Shown piece by piece: positions 50,301 to 62,744 of a DNA stretch of 64,000 nt. Source of the stretch: Protoeuglena noctilucae (Eukaryota); assembly GCA_958009085.1 (NCBI GenBank), contig OY253681.1, forward strand, positions 310,001-374,000. The letters are read 5' to 3'. The translations under genes and the position numbers were made by a program. Numbering within the stretch: the stretch's first letter is position 1; the number at the start of each line of letters is the position of its first letter. The notes below the pieces were generated by a model. That model worked only from the letters and a program-made list of their open reading frames with translations, searched no databases and was not told the DNA's origin.

Positions 50301-53300
50301 TATGACGGAATCGAGGTGGCGGACGTGGCGGCGGACGAGATGCTCTGCCCCGCCTGCCGGAGATTCGTCAATTGCGAAATCCCGCTCGCGTGCCCGGCGC
50401 CAGATCCCCGCGGGGCTCACGTGGCGGCGGTGGACATACCAGCAAACACTCACGCATGCACGGGTGATGGTGGGAGCACCAATGCCGGTGGAGTCGCGGG
50501 GGTGGGGTCTCCCGTCGAGTGTCCCCCGGTGCGGACCGTCGCGGCCATCGCTCGCGCCGCGGGGGTGAGCTGCGCGCCCGGGGAGGCAGTGAGCTGCGCT
50601 GAGCTGCTGCGGTCGGTGGCGGTGGCGGAGGGCGGAGGTAGCGGTGGGAACGTGACAGAATGGGATCGACTCTCAGCGTCTCCCGGCATCTCCTGGCCCG
50701 CGGACGCTGTCCCGGATGCCCTGCGGGGGTTGCTGGGCCCCTGGGCGCATGCGGTGGTGTCGGCTGTGAGGGCGGTGCAGCGGGCGATGTCTGGGCCGAC
50801 GGTGGCGGGCAGCAGGAGGCTCAGGTGAGGGAATGGGCGGTGATGGGGTGGTGAGTGAACAGCACGCCTAAGCGAGTGATGGTGGGTGTAAATGACAGCG
50901 TTGAATAGGTGTAACACCGTACTACGTACCCATGCACGCCCCCCTGACACACATCACATCACCCTCCCTTTGCATCACCCTCTCCTCTCTTGCTCATCTC
51001 CGCAGAGGCCTGGCCGCGTCCCTGCGTCGCAAGCTGTCAGCAGAACTGGACAACTTCATGTCTGGGTCACCATCGCCACAACCACCCAACACCTCCACCG
51101 CCCACGACCCCACCTCACCATCTCTCAACATGCCATGGCTACCCCTGCATATTAGCGAGGTCGTGTCGGGCAGGGATGTGCCAGAAACGCAGCAGGGGAT
51201 GCCGAGGGGTGATAATGCCACACCGACGCCGCCTGTCGCCTCGCAAGAGCCCTCCCCAGAGCGCATTCCCTGGGCTGAGGTGTACGCCCCGTCCGTCCTG
51301 ACTCAGGCCCCGATCGCAGTGGTGTGCTCGTGGCCCAATCAGGGCGCGCCTGCGGTGGTGCGGCCCACCGCCCGCCCCGTGCATTGGCAGCGGGGTGCGG
51401 CGAGCGTCACGGCTGCGTTGGGGGCCGTGGTGGCGCACTGGGAGGCGCTGCACCGCCCGCAGCTGCCCTTTGCTGGTACTGCCGACGTGGGCGCAATGCT
51501 GGCGATGGGAGCGGTGTGTGCGAGCGACGGTGCGGGTGCGAGGGAGGGGCGGGAGTCCGGGCCAGCTGTGGCGGGCGCGGCGGGGCTGCTGTCCTCTGCC
51601 AACGCGGGGCAGTGGCTGGGCATGAAGGCGATGGCGTGCGTGTGGGCGGCGTTGGCTCTGGGGACCAGGGCAGCTCGCAAGGAGCCGCCCTCAGCAGTGG
51701 CGGGGGCAGCGGCTGGGGCGGGGGCGGGCGGGGAGGGTTTGCGTGGTGGGATCGTAGGAGATGGGGTGGATGCGGCACTGCTGCAGCTGCTGCGGGGTGC
51801 GGCGGCAGAGGAGGGTGGGGATGGCGCGAGTGGGAGCGGGAGTGGGAGTGGGGATGAAGCGGGTGCTGGAGCGGGGGTGTCGTGGGAGGGGCGGCGGCCC
51901 GGGTCACGGCGGATCGTGGAGACTTGCACACTCTTCGCGAGATGGGTGGTGGATCCGGCGGGGAGGGTGCCAGAGGGCGGTGTCGGGGATAGTACTAGTG
52001 GGGTTGGCGAGGGTACCGGGGCTGATGGGGCGGGGAGCGGGGTGGGAGTGAGCGGGGTGGGAGAGAGCGGTGCGGGGTCGGACGAGGAGTGGGCGCGTGT
52101 GGCGGCGGGGGTGCGTGCGTGTGATGCGGGCGTTCCCTGGGGCACGCGGCGGGTGTGGTCGGCGCTGGTGCAGGACCCGTGGCTCATGTTTCTTACACTG
52201 ACGCACGGGGTGTGGACGAGGGCGGCGGACGGGGCGGGGGCGCTGGGGCGGATGGCGGCGGCAGCGGGGCTGGGGCCAGACATCAACGATGGCGGGATTG
52301 TTGGTGGCTGTGCGGGTGTGGCGAGTGGTGACACAGCGGCTGGTGCTGGCAGCGAGGCTCCCGTGGCTGCCGGCACGCACCCCCTGGCGGCGGCGTGGGC
52401 ATCAGCGCGGTTGTCGCTGTGTGTAGCGGCTGGGCAGGCGTTGGCTCACGCCGTGGGTGCGGGTGCGGCGGACGGCGAGACGGGGAGCGGCGAGGGGGGT
52501 GTTGGCAGTGTTGGGGTAGTGACTGCGGCGACGCATGCGGATGTGGAGATGGGAGGAGAGGAGGGGAGTGCGGATGGTGTTACTGGCAAAGGTGCCAAGA
52601 CGGTGTCGATGGAGGGCCTGACCAGGTGATCGGGTAATAGGAAGACATGCGATGCCATCTGTGTATATGAACTCAACTCACTGAGTGACTCCTTCGCTCT
52701 TCGCCACCCCAGGGCGTGCGCGGAGGCAGCGGCTGCGATGCGCGGCGACCCGGGCAGCCCACTCGACGCATCGACGACGGCGCTGCTGCGATTCTCCGTG
52801 GCAGTGCAGCTGCTGCCCCTGATAAGGCGCATCCGGTGAAAGCTATGACACTTGTTTGCTAGTGTTAACAATGCCGTTGGTGTCGCGTCACCCACTCCTC
52901 ACTCCTCTCATTCCCGCCATGGTTGCTCCCGGCCCTCTCTCGCAGCGTCGTCTTCGCGCTGCTCTGCCAAGCGGGGCAGCCCGACGACCTCCCGCCCCTC
53001 CCGGACCCCTCCACTCTCCCCACCGCCCTCACCGCCACCGACCTCGCCGCCACCCCCGCCGCCGTTGACGCCGCCCTCTCTGACATGGGTATGCCCCCCA
53101 TCGCGGCCCTGACGTCAATTCCCTTCGTCTCTGGCGCAACAGCGGCGGAGTGCCGGGCTCTGCTGGCCCGATGGGCGTGCGGGGATGCCCTGGCTGACGC
53201 GGTGGCTTTGCCAGATTCCCAAACGCTGCGGCGCGACCGTGCCCCGGCGAGATTCGATGCGCTGAGGGGGCGGCGGGCGGGGTGCAGGGAGCTGTGGCGC

Positions 53301-54172
53301 GGGTGGGGGTGCGGGTGCGGGTGCCGGCATTGCCACGGGCGCCCCAGGTGAGAGCGAGAGAAGGGGCTATGAGCTTAATTGTGGTAGTTGATCATGATAA
53401 TGACGCATGGGACGTTCGTCAGTCTCACTCTCACTCCCGACCCATCCCTCTACACTGCCCGCAGCTCCTTCAGCTGCCCCCCGTGTACCAGAACCTGTTT
53501 CTGGCGCTCTCCCGCCAGCCGTGTCACGCGTGCGGGCAGCGTCGGTCCGAGCTGGCCCTCTGCCTCGTGTGCGGGCTCACCATGTGCGTGGGGGAGGGCA
53601 ACTGCAGCGACCCGGCAGGTGAGTGTTTGTGGGTGTGGGTGTGGTTGTGCGTGTGCATGTGTGTGCGTGTGAACCGCAGGCGTATCCCAACACCCCACCT
53701 TACCATACCCCATCCCACTTTACCTCTTTCAGAACGCCGCGGGCGTTGCTCGGCCCACGCGGCCCATTGCGGCGCCAGCGCGGGCGTCTTCCTTCTGGCC
53801 GAACACACGCAGCTGCTGGCCCTGCGCAGCCACCGCGCCTGCTTCATGCCCAGCCCGTACCTGGACAGCTACGGGGAGGAGGACCAGGGGCTGAGGCGGG
53901 GGCGGCTGCTTAGCCTCAGGTGAGGGGTGGATGGGCGTGGGGTGTGCGAAGTACGGTGTGACGTTCCCTGGTGCCAACATGGTTCTGTTCCACAGTCTCT
54001 TCACTCCGCAGTGCCCCACATTCTCACCCCCGTGTGTTGTCTCCTCTGCAGCCGCGCCCGCTTCGCCCAGGCGTCGCAGCTGTGGGCCGCCGCAGCCGTG
54101 GACCACGACACGCGCCTCCTGGCCACGTCGCACGGGCGAATGACGCTCTTTAACGGGGCAGCCGCGTTCTGA
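41319..54172 (+). CDS. PRT6: UBR-box/RING N-degron E3 ubiquitin ligase (PRT6/UBR1-like), many exons
   Basis: UBR box CVECFLAGDHRGHD..GGGCCDCGD..W..CPAH (41830-42060); RING CVIC...CGHAAHASC...CPACRR (49690-50362); C-terminal LALCLVCG...CSAHAAHCG...PSPYLDSYGEEDQGLRRG. Start approximate. Confidence 0.85.
49920..50100 (+). repeat. Exonic (GCACCC)n hexamer microsatellite encoding a Pro-Ala tract
   Basis: About 30 near-perfect gcaccc/gcacct units in frame within the PRT6 RING-containing exon. Confidence 0.95.
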
Positions 54173-55149
54173 GACTGGGCGAGTGTCGATTGGCTCATCT
54201 CTCCTGACACCCTTGTTCGAGGCAACAGGACAGCAACAGGACAGCAGCGGCCTTCTGAGGGGTGGTGCCGCAGCGCGCTCTGAGCTGTCAGCTAGTTTGT
54301 TTCTAAGACAACGTAGCACAGCAGGATGTAATACATATGCCGCTGGGAAGGGGCAGACGCAGTGCAGTGCACTGCATTACCCATCATCGCTTGCGCCGCC
54401 GGCTGCAAGCGTAGGCTCTGCGTTGGCCGGCCTCGCTGGCGCATGAAATCAATGCAAGAGACACTTATGCTGCTGCAGGGCGGCCAGATGCATGTCGGGC
54501 CCGGGCTCAGCTGCGCGCTGTGGTGCAAAGCAAAGATATTATGAAGGGAAAACCGCAGTCAAAAGCATTTACTAAGTACACATTCTCAATCAGCTTATTT
54601 TATGACTTTATGATAATATTTGTAATGGAAAGCCGCGCAACAAAATACACGACATCTAATCCACTCCCGCCGCCCGTCTGAAGTGATGAGGTCGGTGATG
54701 AGTGTTGGCTAAACATGAGCAAAAATATCTTGGGGCAACTCCGCTTGACTTTCCATCCCGCAAACCAGCCGCGTCTAACTTTACATCGGCGCTGCGGGTG
54801 GGTCTAAGAAAATAGCAAAAACATTGTAACACATTTGCATGATTTTTCAGCACCACCTTGGCATATGGTGTATATGTCTATGCATTATCAAAAACATGCA
54901 TACCTGATGCGCTGGGTACACGCGCAACCTTACACGCATCAACACAGGTATACCTACGTCGGCAATGCATGGGCATGGCCACGGACGGCGAGGCCTCTTA
55001 ATAGTGCCCGGAACAAGGATAATTTGGCCAGTCCTTATCCGATAAAACCCTCACTAGCTGTCCTGCATTCAACAAAACATAGAGGAGGTACCTTAGCTAA
55101 CATCGATTACTGTTAAAACAAAAACGACCAGAGTTTTATGCAATATATT

Positions 55150-57560
55150 GAGTCACACCGCCGCACCTCATTATCATCATCCTCGTAGCTTAAGCTTTTG
55201 TCAAGGTCCCCAGCGGGTGCCCCTCCGTCACCACCCGCAGGCACCTGCGTTTGAAATGTAAGACGAGTTCACAGAATGTGGCTGTGAGTGCAAGCTTCAC
55301 ATTTACTAGCTTGACATGTGTCACTCACTTCGTACACCATCAGCGTCCCGTTGTTCCAGCCGTGGGGCGTCCCAAACTTTGGTCCAAAAAGCCACTCGTA
55401 ATATCCCTCCCTGTTTTTTGTCGGTACGCGGTAAATCTGATATCCCACTGCTTTTGTTGGTATTCTTCTTTGAACTCGTCGTCTCTTTTGACCTTCTCAA
55501 TCTTATATTCCATGTCAACTTTCTTTGCCACCTCGTAGGGCACACGCTGCAACCAAGGGTAGGGGGCAACAACTCTTGTCTATCTCTTTCCTTTCTCTCG
55601 TCTGCTGCGTGCGTGACTTGTTGTAAAGCGTGCCGTGCACAAGGTACTCACCATCTTCATCAACCGTGCCTGCAGGGCAGTGATGATGTGACTCCCATGC
55701 TCGTCCTCGTAATGCACCGAAGCCTTGTCTTCCAGCGTTTTAGTCGGTTGTGCTTCATCAAGCGTTAGCGCGCTTTTGTCTAAGATCACGTTTGCTTTTA
55801 TCAAAAATGTCAGCGTCACGTCCTCCGCTGGCTTCAGAGTATACAGAAGCGCATCGTGCAAGCTCAAACCCTGCGTAAGTAACGAATAACAATTGTAAAT
55901 TCATTTTGTTATGTAAAACTGGCTGGAAACTTTTAATGGAGCATACGTGTTCCAAAGTCATGCATCAGGACTCTGTGACAAGGCGGTTCCTTACCAGCAA
56001 GATTAGGCGTGCTGCTTTCTCTGCCTCTGTTTCATTCAGAGCCCGGATGGGCACACCACTCTCCCTCTTTATGTATCTTTTGACCAAAACTATGTTTTCC
56101 GCCAGTTCATCCATGTCATCAATGCCTGGCTTGGATCTTGACTCCATTGCCACTGCAGGCAAAGGGACTAGATTTATTTTATTATGCTCAGTGTATTGAT
56201 TAATAAATTTGTCGGAAACACGCAAACGGCGTTGATCTCCACCTCATGCCAATCAAAGATATCCGCACCTGGTATGGGGGCCCCTTCAGCACGCACGAAC
56301 GCGATCTCGTCAGTTGGGTGCGATGCTGAGCAGCTGACCCGCCCGCATTTCGCTTCCCACAGGTTCTTTTCCTTAGTCTTCACGTGGCAATGCGAGCGTG
56401 AAAGTTTCACCGTTGCCAGCAGGGCGTCGTGGGAGAAAACTTTGTTCGCCGAATTCAGGTCTTCTTCATCCGAATACTCAAGGAACTCGACACCCTCGAT
56501 GCTGACGTGGGGTGCAGGAGTATTTCTTTTGGACGCAATGATTTTGGGGCACAGTGAGCCGATGAAGTCAATGACCCCAAGCTCGTGCCCTTCGAGATTG
56601 GAGCCTTCTGGAGCGGCGCCCCTCCTGTACGGCTTATATACTTGGACGTGCACGCGGTTCCAAGGGTCAAGGTGCTCCGCAAGCCCTCTGAAGTTGTCGA
56701 GCTTGATGTTTGCGTCGCATCCGATCACCACTGGCAGCTTAAGCGTATCGGCAATAGCTGCCCACATCCTGCATGCCACCGTCCAGAGCCTGGGAGCAGG
56801 GACGGATAAAGTCGGGGTAAATTGATTATTTAAAATGTAGTTATTACTTATAAATAATTACTACAAAGAAATAGCAATTAAGTATTGGTTTGAAAGTCAA
56901 AGTTACTAGTAAAAATAACACCAAAAAACAAAAAATTTACTAGAGACGTATACAGTACATCAAGTTGTATTAGGTCAGCCTCAGCACTTGCCTGCATCGC
57001 TTTTCGTCATTGAGGTTTCTGTTAATACCATGATAATTGATCGCCAAAAAGGCATGGTCGTTGTCCCTTTCGTCGCCATTCTTAGGTGTGCACTTGACCA
57101 CGAGCATCCTTCCAAACAGGTCGACCAAATAGCCTCGGAGGTCCCTTCCAGCTTTCCCCCTCATTTTTCCACCCAACTTGTCCAATTCTTTTTTGGCATC
57201 TTCGTCCGCGTCCAGGATGAGTTTAAAATCTGCAATAATCGTAGTTTATGTCAGAATTTTTGTTTACTTCAGTCAAAACTCTGCTCATACCGTGGCACCA
57301 GCGCACAGGTTTGCACAGGCTCACCGGAAAGTCCCATGCAGCGCTCATCATTGTACTCTCTAACGGCGTACTTGTCTTTCCGCACCATGATCGCCAGATG
57401 AACTTCGGACCTGCCTTCGTTCTTCATCACGATTTCGTACTCGTCGTTCACGAGACAAGTAAACCCCCCCTTGCCAGATCTGTGCTGCAAGGCCCTCCAG
57501 GCAGCCTCGGCTTTGCATTCATGTACTTGGTCTTCAAGCAGAACAGCAGCTAGCTATCTG
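55150..57560 (-). CDS. Divergent endonuclease/exonuclease/phosphatase (EEP)-fold-like protein in a low-GC island; spliced or partly degenerate
   Basis: Collinear minus-strand ORFs carry HLAIMVRK, FLAINYHG, LPVVIGCDAN, VIDFI and FSHDALLATV, matching the order of EEP motifs (N-x-H, GDxN, IDxI, SDH-like). AT-rich intron-like breaks separate them. Confidence 0.45.
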
Positions 57561-58039
57561 TCAAACGAGGGGGGTTGCAGGCAATCATTCACTCCAGGGA
57601 GTCTCGAGACGCAGCATCGAGCGAGGACGTCGATGCAGCGACGGGACAGGACAGAACATAGGAAGTGCCAAATCGCTCACAGTGTGTGTGTCTGGGAAGC
57701 GACGCACCGCACGGCGAAATCGAGGTGCTAGGGTGCTGGGGGCGCCCAAGAGCGCCACAGAGCGAGCGCGGGCTGCTGGAACACGATAAGGCCTTGCGGG
57801 TCGCGAAATGCGCCCCAAGGCAGGGAGGGAGGGGGGGAGGCCAGCGGGACTGAAACGGCGCTGGAACGCAAAGCGGGGGCTGGCCCGCGCACGCTGTTGC
57901 ACATGCATGCTGGAAATGGGCATGGAGGCAGCCCATGAAGCGGGGGTGGCATAACGCAGGTGCTACGAAACAAAAACTCACGACAACATCGGCCCGTCAA
58001 GCTGAGAATCAGATCTAGAAACAAGCAGGAAGGGGTCTG

Positions 58040-58780
58040 TCACTGTCGGAGGAAACACAGGAGCCTGCGCATGCCACGGCGCAGCGACCCCGAGTCGCCC
58101 GGCGGTACCCTCACGACCTCCTCGCCGTGCAGCGGCAGGTCGGGCATCATCACTGCGGTGGTGCCGTCGCTGGGGCGCCACCCCTCCATCGCCTCGTGCC
58201 GCGCGTGGCGCCGGGAGCGAGGGGTGTCCGCGACACTCCCGAGGTCCGATCCCCGCGCGCCGCTGCCGCCGTGAAAGAGTTCCGTGCACGGCAGCGGGGC
58301 GGGGCTGGCAGATGTGCATGTCCCGCCGCCATCGACGGAGGCACGGCGGTGGCCAGTAGTTAGCGCCTCCGCGGGTTGCAGGTCCGGAAACTCGGATTCC
58401 GCGACAATCCTGGAGTGGCAGAGCGCCGAGGGGTGGCGGTGGGAGCCGTCCCAGGACGCGGCGGGGGGCCGCGAGGGGATGCGTGCGCTGACGAGGCGCG
58501 AGTGGTCATTGCCGGCGGCCGCGACCTTGGCGCCGAACATCGTGGCGGGGTCCGCGTCGGCCTGGGGGAATCGACCGGGAACAGGGTTTTGCGATGTGAT
58601 ATATTATCAGCCCGATGTGCCAGGCGCGCTGGGCCCATCCATGCGCTGCTGCCTCCGCCGCTGCCGCATCGCACCCACTGGCTCGGGATGACGGTCGTCC
58701 TTCTCAGGTCCGAAGACTGCATGTCCGTGTCCATGTCGAGAAGGGGCGCGAGGGCGCTGTTGTCTTGCATGTCCGTCCCA
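58040..58780 (-). CDS. Hypothetical low-complexity protein
   Basis: GC-rich ORF 58040-58540 plus a possible upstream exon (MQDNSALAPLLDMDTD). No domain recognised. Confidence 0.3.
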
Positions 58781-59360
58781 CGCGGTGTGGAGGGATATTT
58801 GCCGACGATTCCGATGGTACGCCACAGAATACGTACACTTGCCCGGGGGGTTTCTCTGCGTGCGCATTGGGCGTGGACTTTTATTGAAGTTTGACGCTCC
58901 CCAAACGGGCCCGCAAAGCCGATGGGTTGGGCCACGCTGCACGGAATGCGACGCACCTGCTTATCTGTGATATCTTGAAGTGGTGATGGATGCATTGCAT
59001 GGCAGATGAACGCGAGCGACGAGGCAGCGGTTGAGTCGGACCATCGTCCTGCGTCACAGAGTGTAGATCATTCGGTCCCCAGCCGTCTGCACATTTAATA
59101 TGTTATTCGTAAGCGCGAGGCCTGAGCAGAGGGCAAAATGTGAATCCCGGCGGCCAAGAGGAGCATATATTCCCCCGCTGGCCTTTTTCTCGGACACGGC
59201 CCACACCGCTCACCATCCACGCCAGAACGGCCCTCCCCCGTCGTTATTGGTCTCGTGTCATCGCGCAGTAGCTCCGTGCGGGCCCGGCTCCTCGCATTCG
59301 GCCCCGCGCCGGGCTCATGCTGGCGAGGGCAACGCACTCTCACGTTTCACATGGTTGACT

Positions 59361-62300
59361 TCAAGCCGCGCGCCCATCCTTGCGTGCGATCCGGGCTTTC
59401 CACTTGCCTAGCGCCACGGACGCCGCTCCGGACACCGCGGCGGGCACTGCTGCCCCAGGCCTCCCCGTTTGGGCCACCTCCCCTGGCGACTCTAGACGGC
59501 CCTTGGCCCAGGCCTTGAGCGCCTTTCCCACCCCCGACTCGGCCAGCGCCGTCAGCGACGCGGTCTCGTCGCCCAGCGCAACCACGGCCCCGGTCGCCCC
59601 CTCGGCGTCCCCCCGCGCCACGCACGCGGCCACCTCGGCCCACATCGCGCGCAGCCTCGCGCTCTCGCTCCCCGCTTCCATCTTCCCGCCCCGCAACGCA
59701 GCCGCTGCGGCAGCGAACTCTGGCGGCACGGCGCCCGGCGCCTGGCTCCCCGCGCACGCCCTCGCGAACCGCACCAGCGCCCCCGCCCTCGGCTGGTACG
59801 CCTCCCTCTTGCTACTAGACGCGTGCAACGCCGCCTCCACCGCCCCCGCGAGTGCCTGCGGACTCACTGCCGCGGGCAGCAAGCCCACCCGGGCCTGCAC
59901 GCTGCCCCCGCCGTCGTCAATCGCCTGGGCCAGGCGCTCCCTCAGCCGCTCTCTCAGGGCATCCTCCGCCTCAGTCAGGGCCGGGCGAGCCGCGCCTGAT
60001 CGGCTCGCGCGACCGTCCAGCACGTCCCTTAGCCGCGGCCGGCGCTGCTGCAGCCACGAGTTTGCACCAACAGTCGCCCCAACCCCATCCGGACACCTCA
60101 CGTTCTCACCATCCACCTCTCCTGGCTTCCCCCCGCAAGCGCCACTCAGGTCACCTGGAAGGAGGCGGCAGTCGGACCGGTGACTCCCGCGGCCTCCTGC
60201 TGTGCCAGAATCTCCAGGGCCTTCAGAACATCGCCCCCCGCCGCCTCGCATGCCGCGTCAAACACCGCCCTCCCGCCATCATACTCGCTGACGTCAGACT
60301 CTGCAGAGTAGAGATGCGAACGGGGATGTGTGTGCTATGTGGAGTACCTCTACAAAGCACAACGCCAACGTGTGTGCCTGAAGCACACATCACACTGCAC
60401 CAACGGGGTTAAACGACATGCCACGCATGAGCTCTCGCCTCCGGAGCTCGACTTGTCTTTGTCGCCCACGATCTCCACCTCGTCGTCGGACCACCCTCGC
60501 CTGGGACGTTTTGAGCCCGCGGGTGTCGCCCCCAGGGTCACCCGTCTCTGCCTGCAATGCAGCAGGGTCACAGTCACAGTCGCAATCACAGTCTCGCGTG
60601 CTGTTGGCTGCGTGAGTTGCAATCGCGATGAGCGCCTCTGCCCCACGCTCCCACCCACAGCTCCTCACACCTGGCCGCCAGTGCCGCCGCCGCCGCCCTC
60701 GCCGCCGCCACCACTCCTTCCGGATCCCCACACACGTCGCAGCACGCCGCCCCGCCTCGGCCCCCGCCCCTCACGATCCGCCAGTCCTCCTCCGTCCCCC
60801 ACACCCGGTCATCCTCCCCTCTCTGCCCCAGAAAGTGCGTCAGCACCGTTCGCCGGCGGCACTTGACCCCGCACAACGCCCCCACCATCGTCTCAAACGC
60901 CCCCACCCGGTCCCTGACGGCGCGCCCTCCCGCCTCCGCCCCGCCCCTGCCCTCGGCACCCCACGCTTTGCGTCGGGACCGCCTGTTCTCCTTCCCCACC
61001 AAAAATGCCCGGGTCCTCTTGTCCCTGTCACTGTAAAAGACCACGCTCTGGCTGGGGCGGCCGTCGCGCCCCGCTCGGCCCGACTCCTGATAAAAGCTCT
61101 CTGCACGCCACGTACCGACGAGCGAGCGGTCAGGCCACAGCAGCCGAGTCATGTCAATGCATGCCCATGATGGGTGCCACGGCTGCACGGTAGACTGGCT
61201 CCCACGAACCCCCGCCTTGCATACATCATCACCGCTCTCACCGATGTCCTTTGGGAGGGACCAGTGCACGACGATCCTGACGTCGGGCTTGTCGATGCCC
61301 ATACCGAACGCGATGGTCGCGACGGCGCATGAGACCTCGCTCCCCAGCCACAGCCGCAGGGCCGTCTCACGCGCAGCGTCGCGCAACCCAGCGTGGTACG
61401 CCACGCTGGGAATGCCCTTGCTTGACAGGGAGGCGGCCAGACGGTCGGCGTCGATGCGGCGGTGGACATACACGAGAGCAGAGCCACCGGCCGCCTGGGG
61501 GGGCGACGTAAGGGGTGGGTGCATGGTTGGTTGGTTGTCAAGCGATCATGTGGCAGAGGCACACCAGGGACTGGGAGTACTCACCAGGGCGTTCGTGAGG
61601 ACTTCTCGTAGCCTCTGCTCGGCTCTGTCCTCGGTCGAATATGCGTCGACATATTCGGTGGAGTATGCGATGTTGGGCCTTCAGGAAACAACCAGGAGCG
61701 TCAGGTCGGTCAGTGCAAGGGTGGACTGGAGCATTTATGTCTGCAGCCAGCAATGGCCACCACAAAGTAACTGACTAAGCAAACTCACCTGTTGAAAGAG
61801 CCGAGGACGGCGACGGGGTCTTGGAGGCGCAGGTGGGTGCAGATGGAGGAGTACACTTCGCGGGTGGCCGTGGCGGTCAAGGCCATGACGGGGAGGCCGG
61901 GGAGGTGCCGGCGGAAGGGCCCGAGCGCAAGGTACGCGGGGCGGAAGTCGTGGCCCCAGGTGCTGATGCAGTGGGCCTCGTCGACGGCCAGCATCTGCAC
62001 GTGGCCCTCCGCGTGCGCTGCCTGAAGCGCTGCACGGAAGGCAGTCACGCCGAGGGACTCCGGGGTCACGAAGAGGACTCGGAACGTCGGCGATTTCGAT
62101 CGGAGATCGCTGATGATCGCGGCTCGTTCTGATTCCGTCCTGCGGGCGCGCGCCATAGCGCAGTGGGGAGCCAGCAGCGCAAGCGTGTACCGATGCCGCG
62201 CCAGGCCGTCCGCTTCGGCACCTGGATGAGCAGAAATAGTCCGCGGCGATCCCCTTCGTGCGCAGCTGTTGAGTCTGGCTCGTCATCAGCGCGATGAGGG

Positions 62301-62517
62301 GGGAAATCACGAGCGTGAGTTTCCCCGTGACACAGCTCGGCACCGTGAAGCACAGTGACTTCCCTGCGCCTGTCGGCATGAGAACGAACACATCGCGGCG
62401 CTGCAAGGCTGCTAGGATGGCATCTTCCTGCCCAGGGCGCCACGCCGTGTGCCCCAATTCCGACCGGACACGCTGGGCTCGGCTGCGCAAAACAGCGAGC
62501 CCCTCGCCGCCAGACAT
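59361..62517 (-). CDS. RECQ: RecQ-family DNA helicase (RECQL3/RECQL5-like) with TFIIS-like C-terminal helical domains
   Basis: MPTGAGKSLCF, ISPLIALM, VDEAHCISTWGHDFRPAY, ALTATAT, SFNR, YHAGL, ATIAFGMGIDKPDVR, YQESGRAGRDG and RQC Zn ligands CRR..CCDVC. Confidence 0.92.
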
Positions 62518-62744
62518 TGGCGAGAGCTTAGGTCAGGCGCCATGGGCGGCGCTGAGACTGCGCCGTGCGTCCTCGCGGCTAGCCCTGTGAGGGCTGGCGC
62601 GACGTGTCGTCAGTAGGTTTCACCTCTGTGCTGCACGCCGACGCCTGCCGTCACTTTAGCCACCTCTGATTCATCCTTGCGCCTATTGTGTCCCGTGACA
62701 CATCTCCTGCGACGGTGGCGACGGGCAGGACTGCATCGCGCGCG

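Noticed and set aside
54540..57560. Low-GC island as an intact LINE retrotransposon
   Set aside because: There is no reverse-transcriptase motif, poly-A tail or target-site duplication, and the ORF appears to be interrupted by introns.
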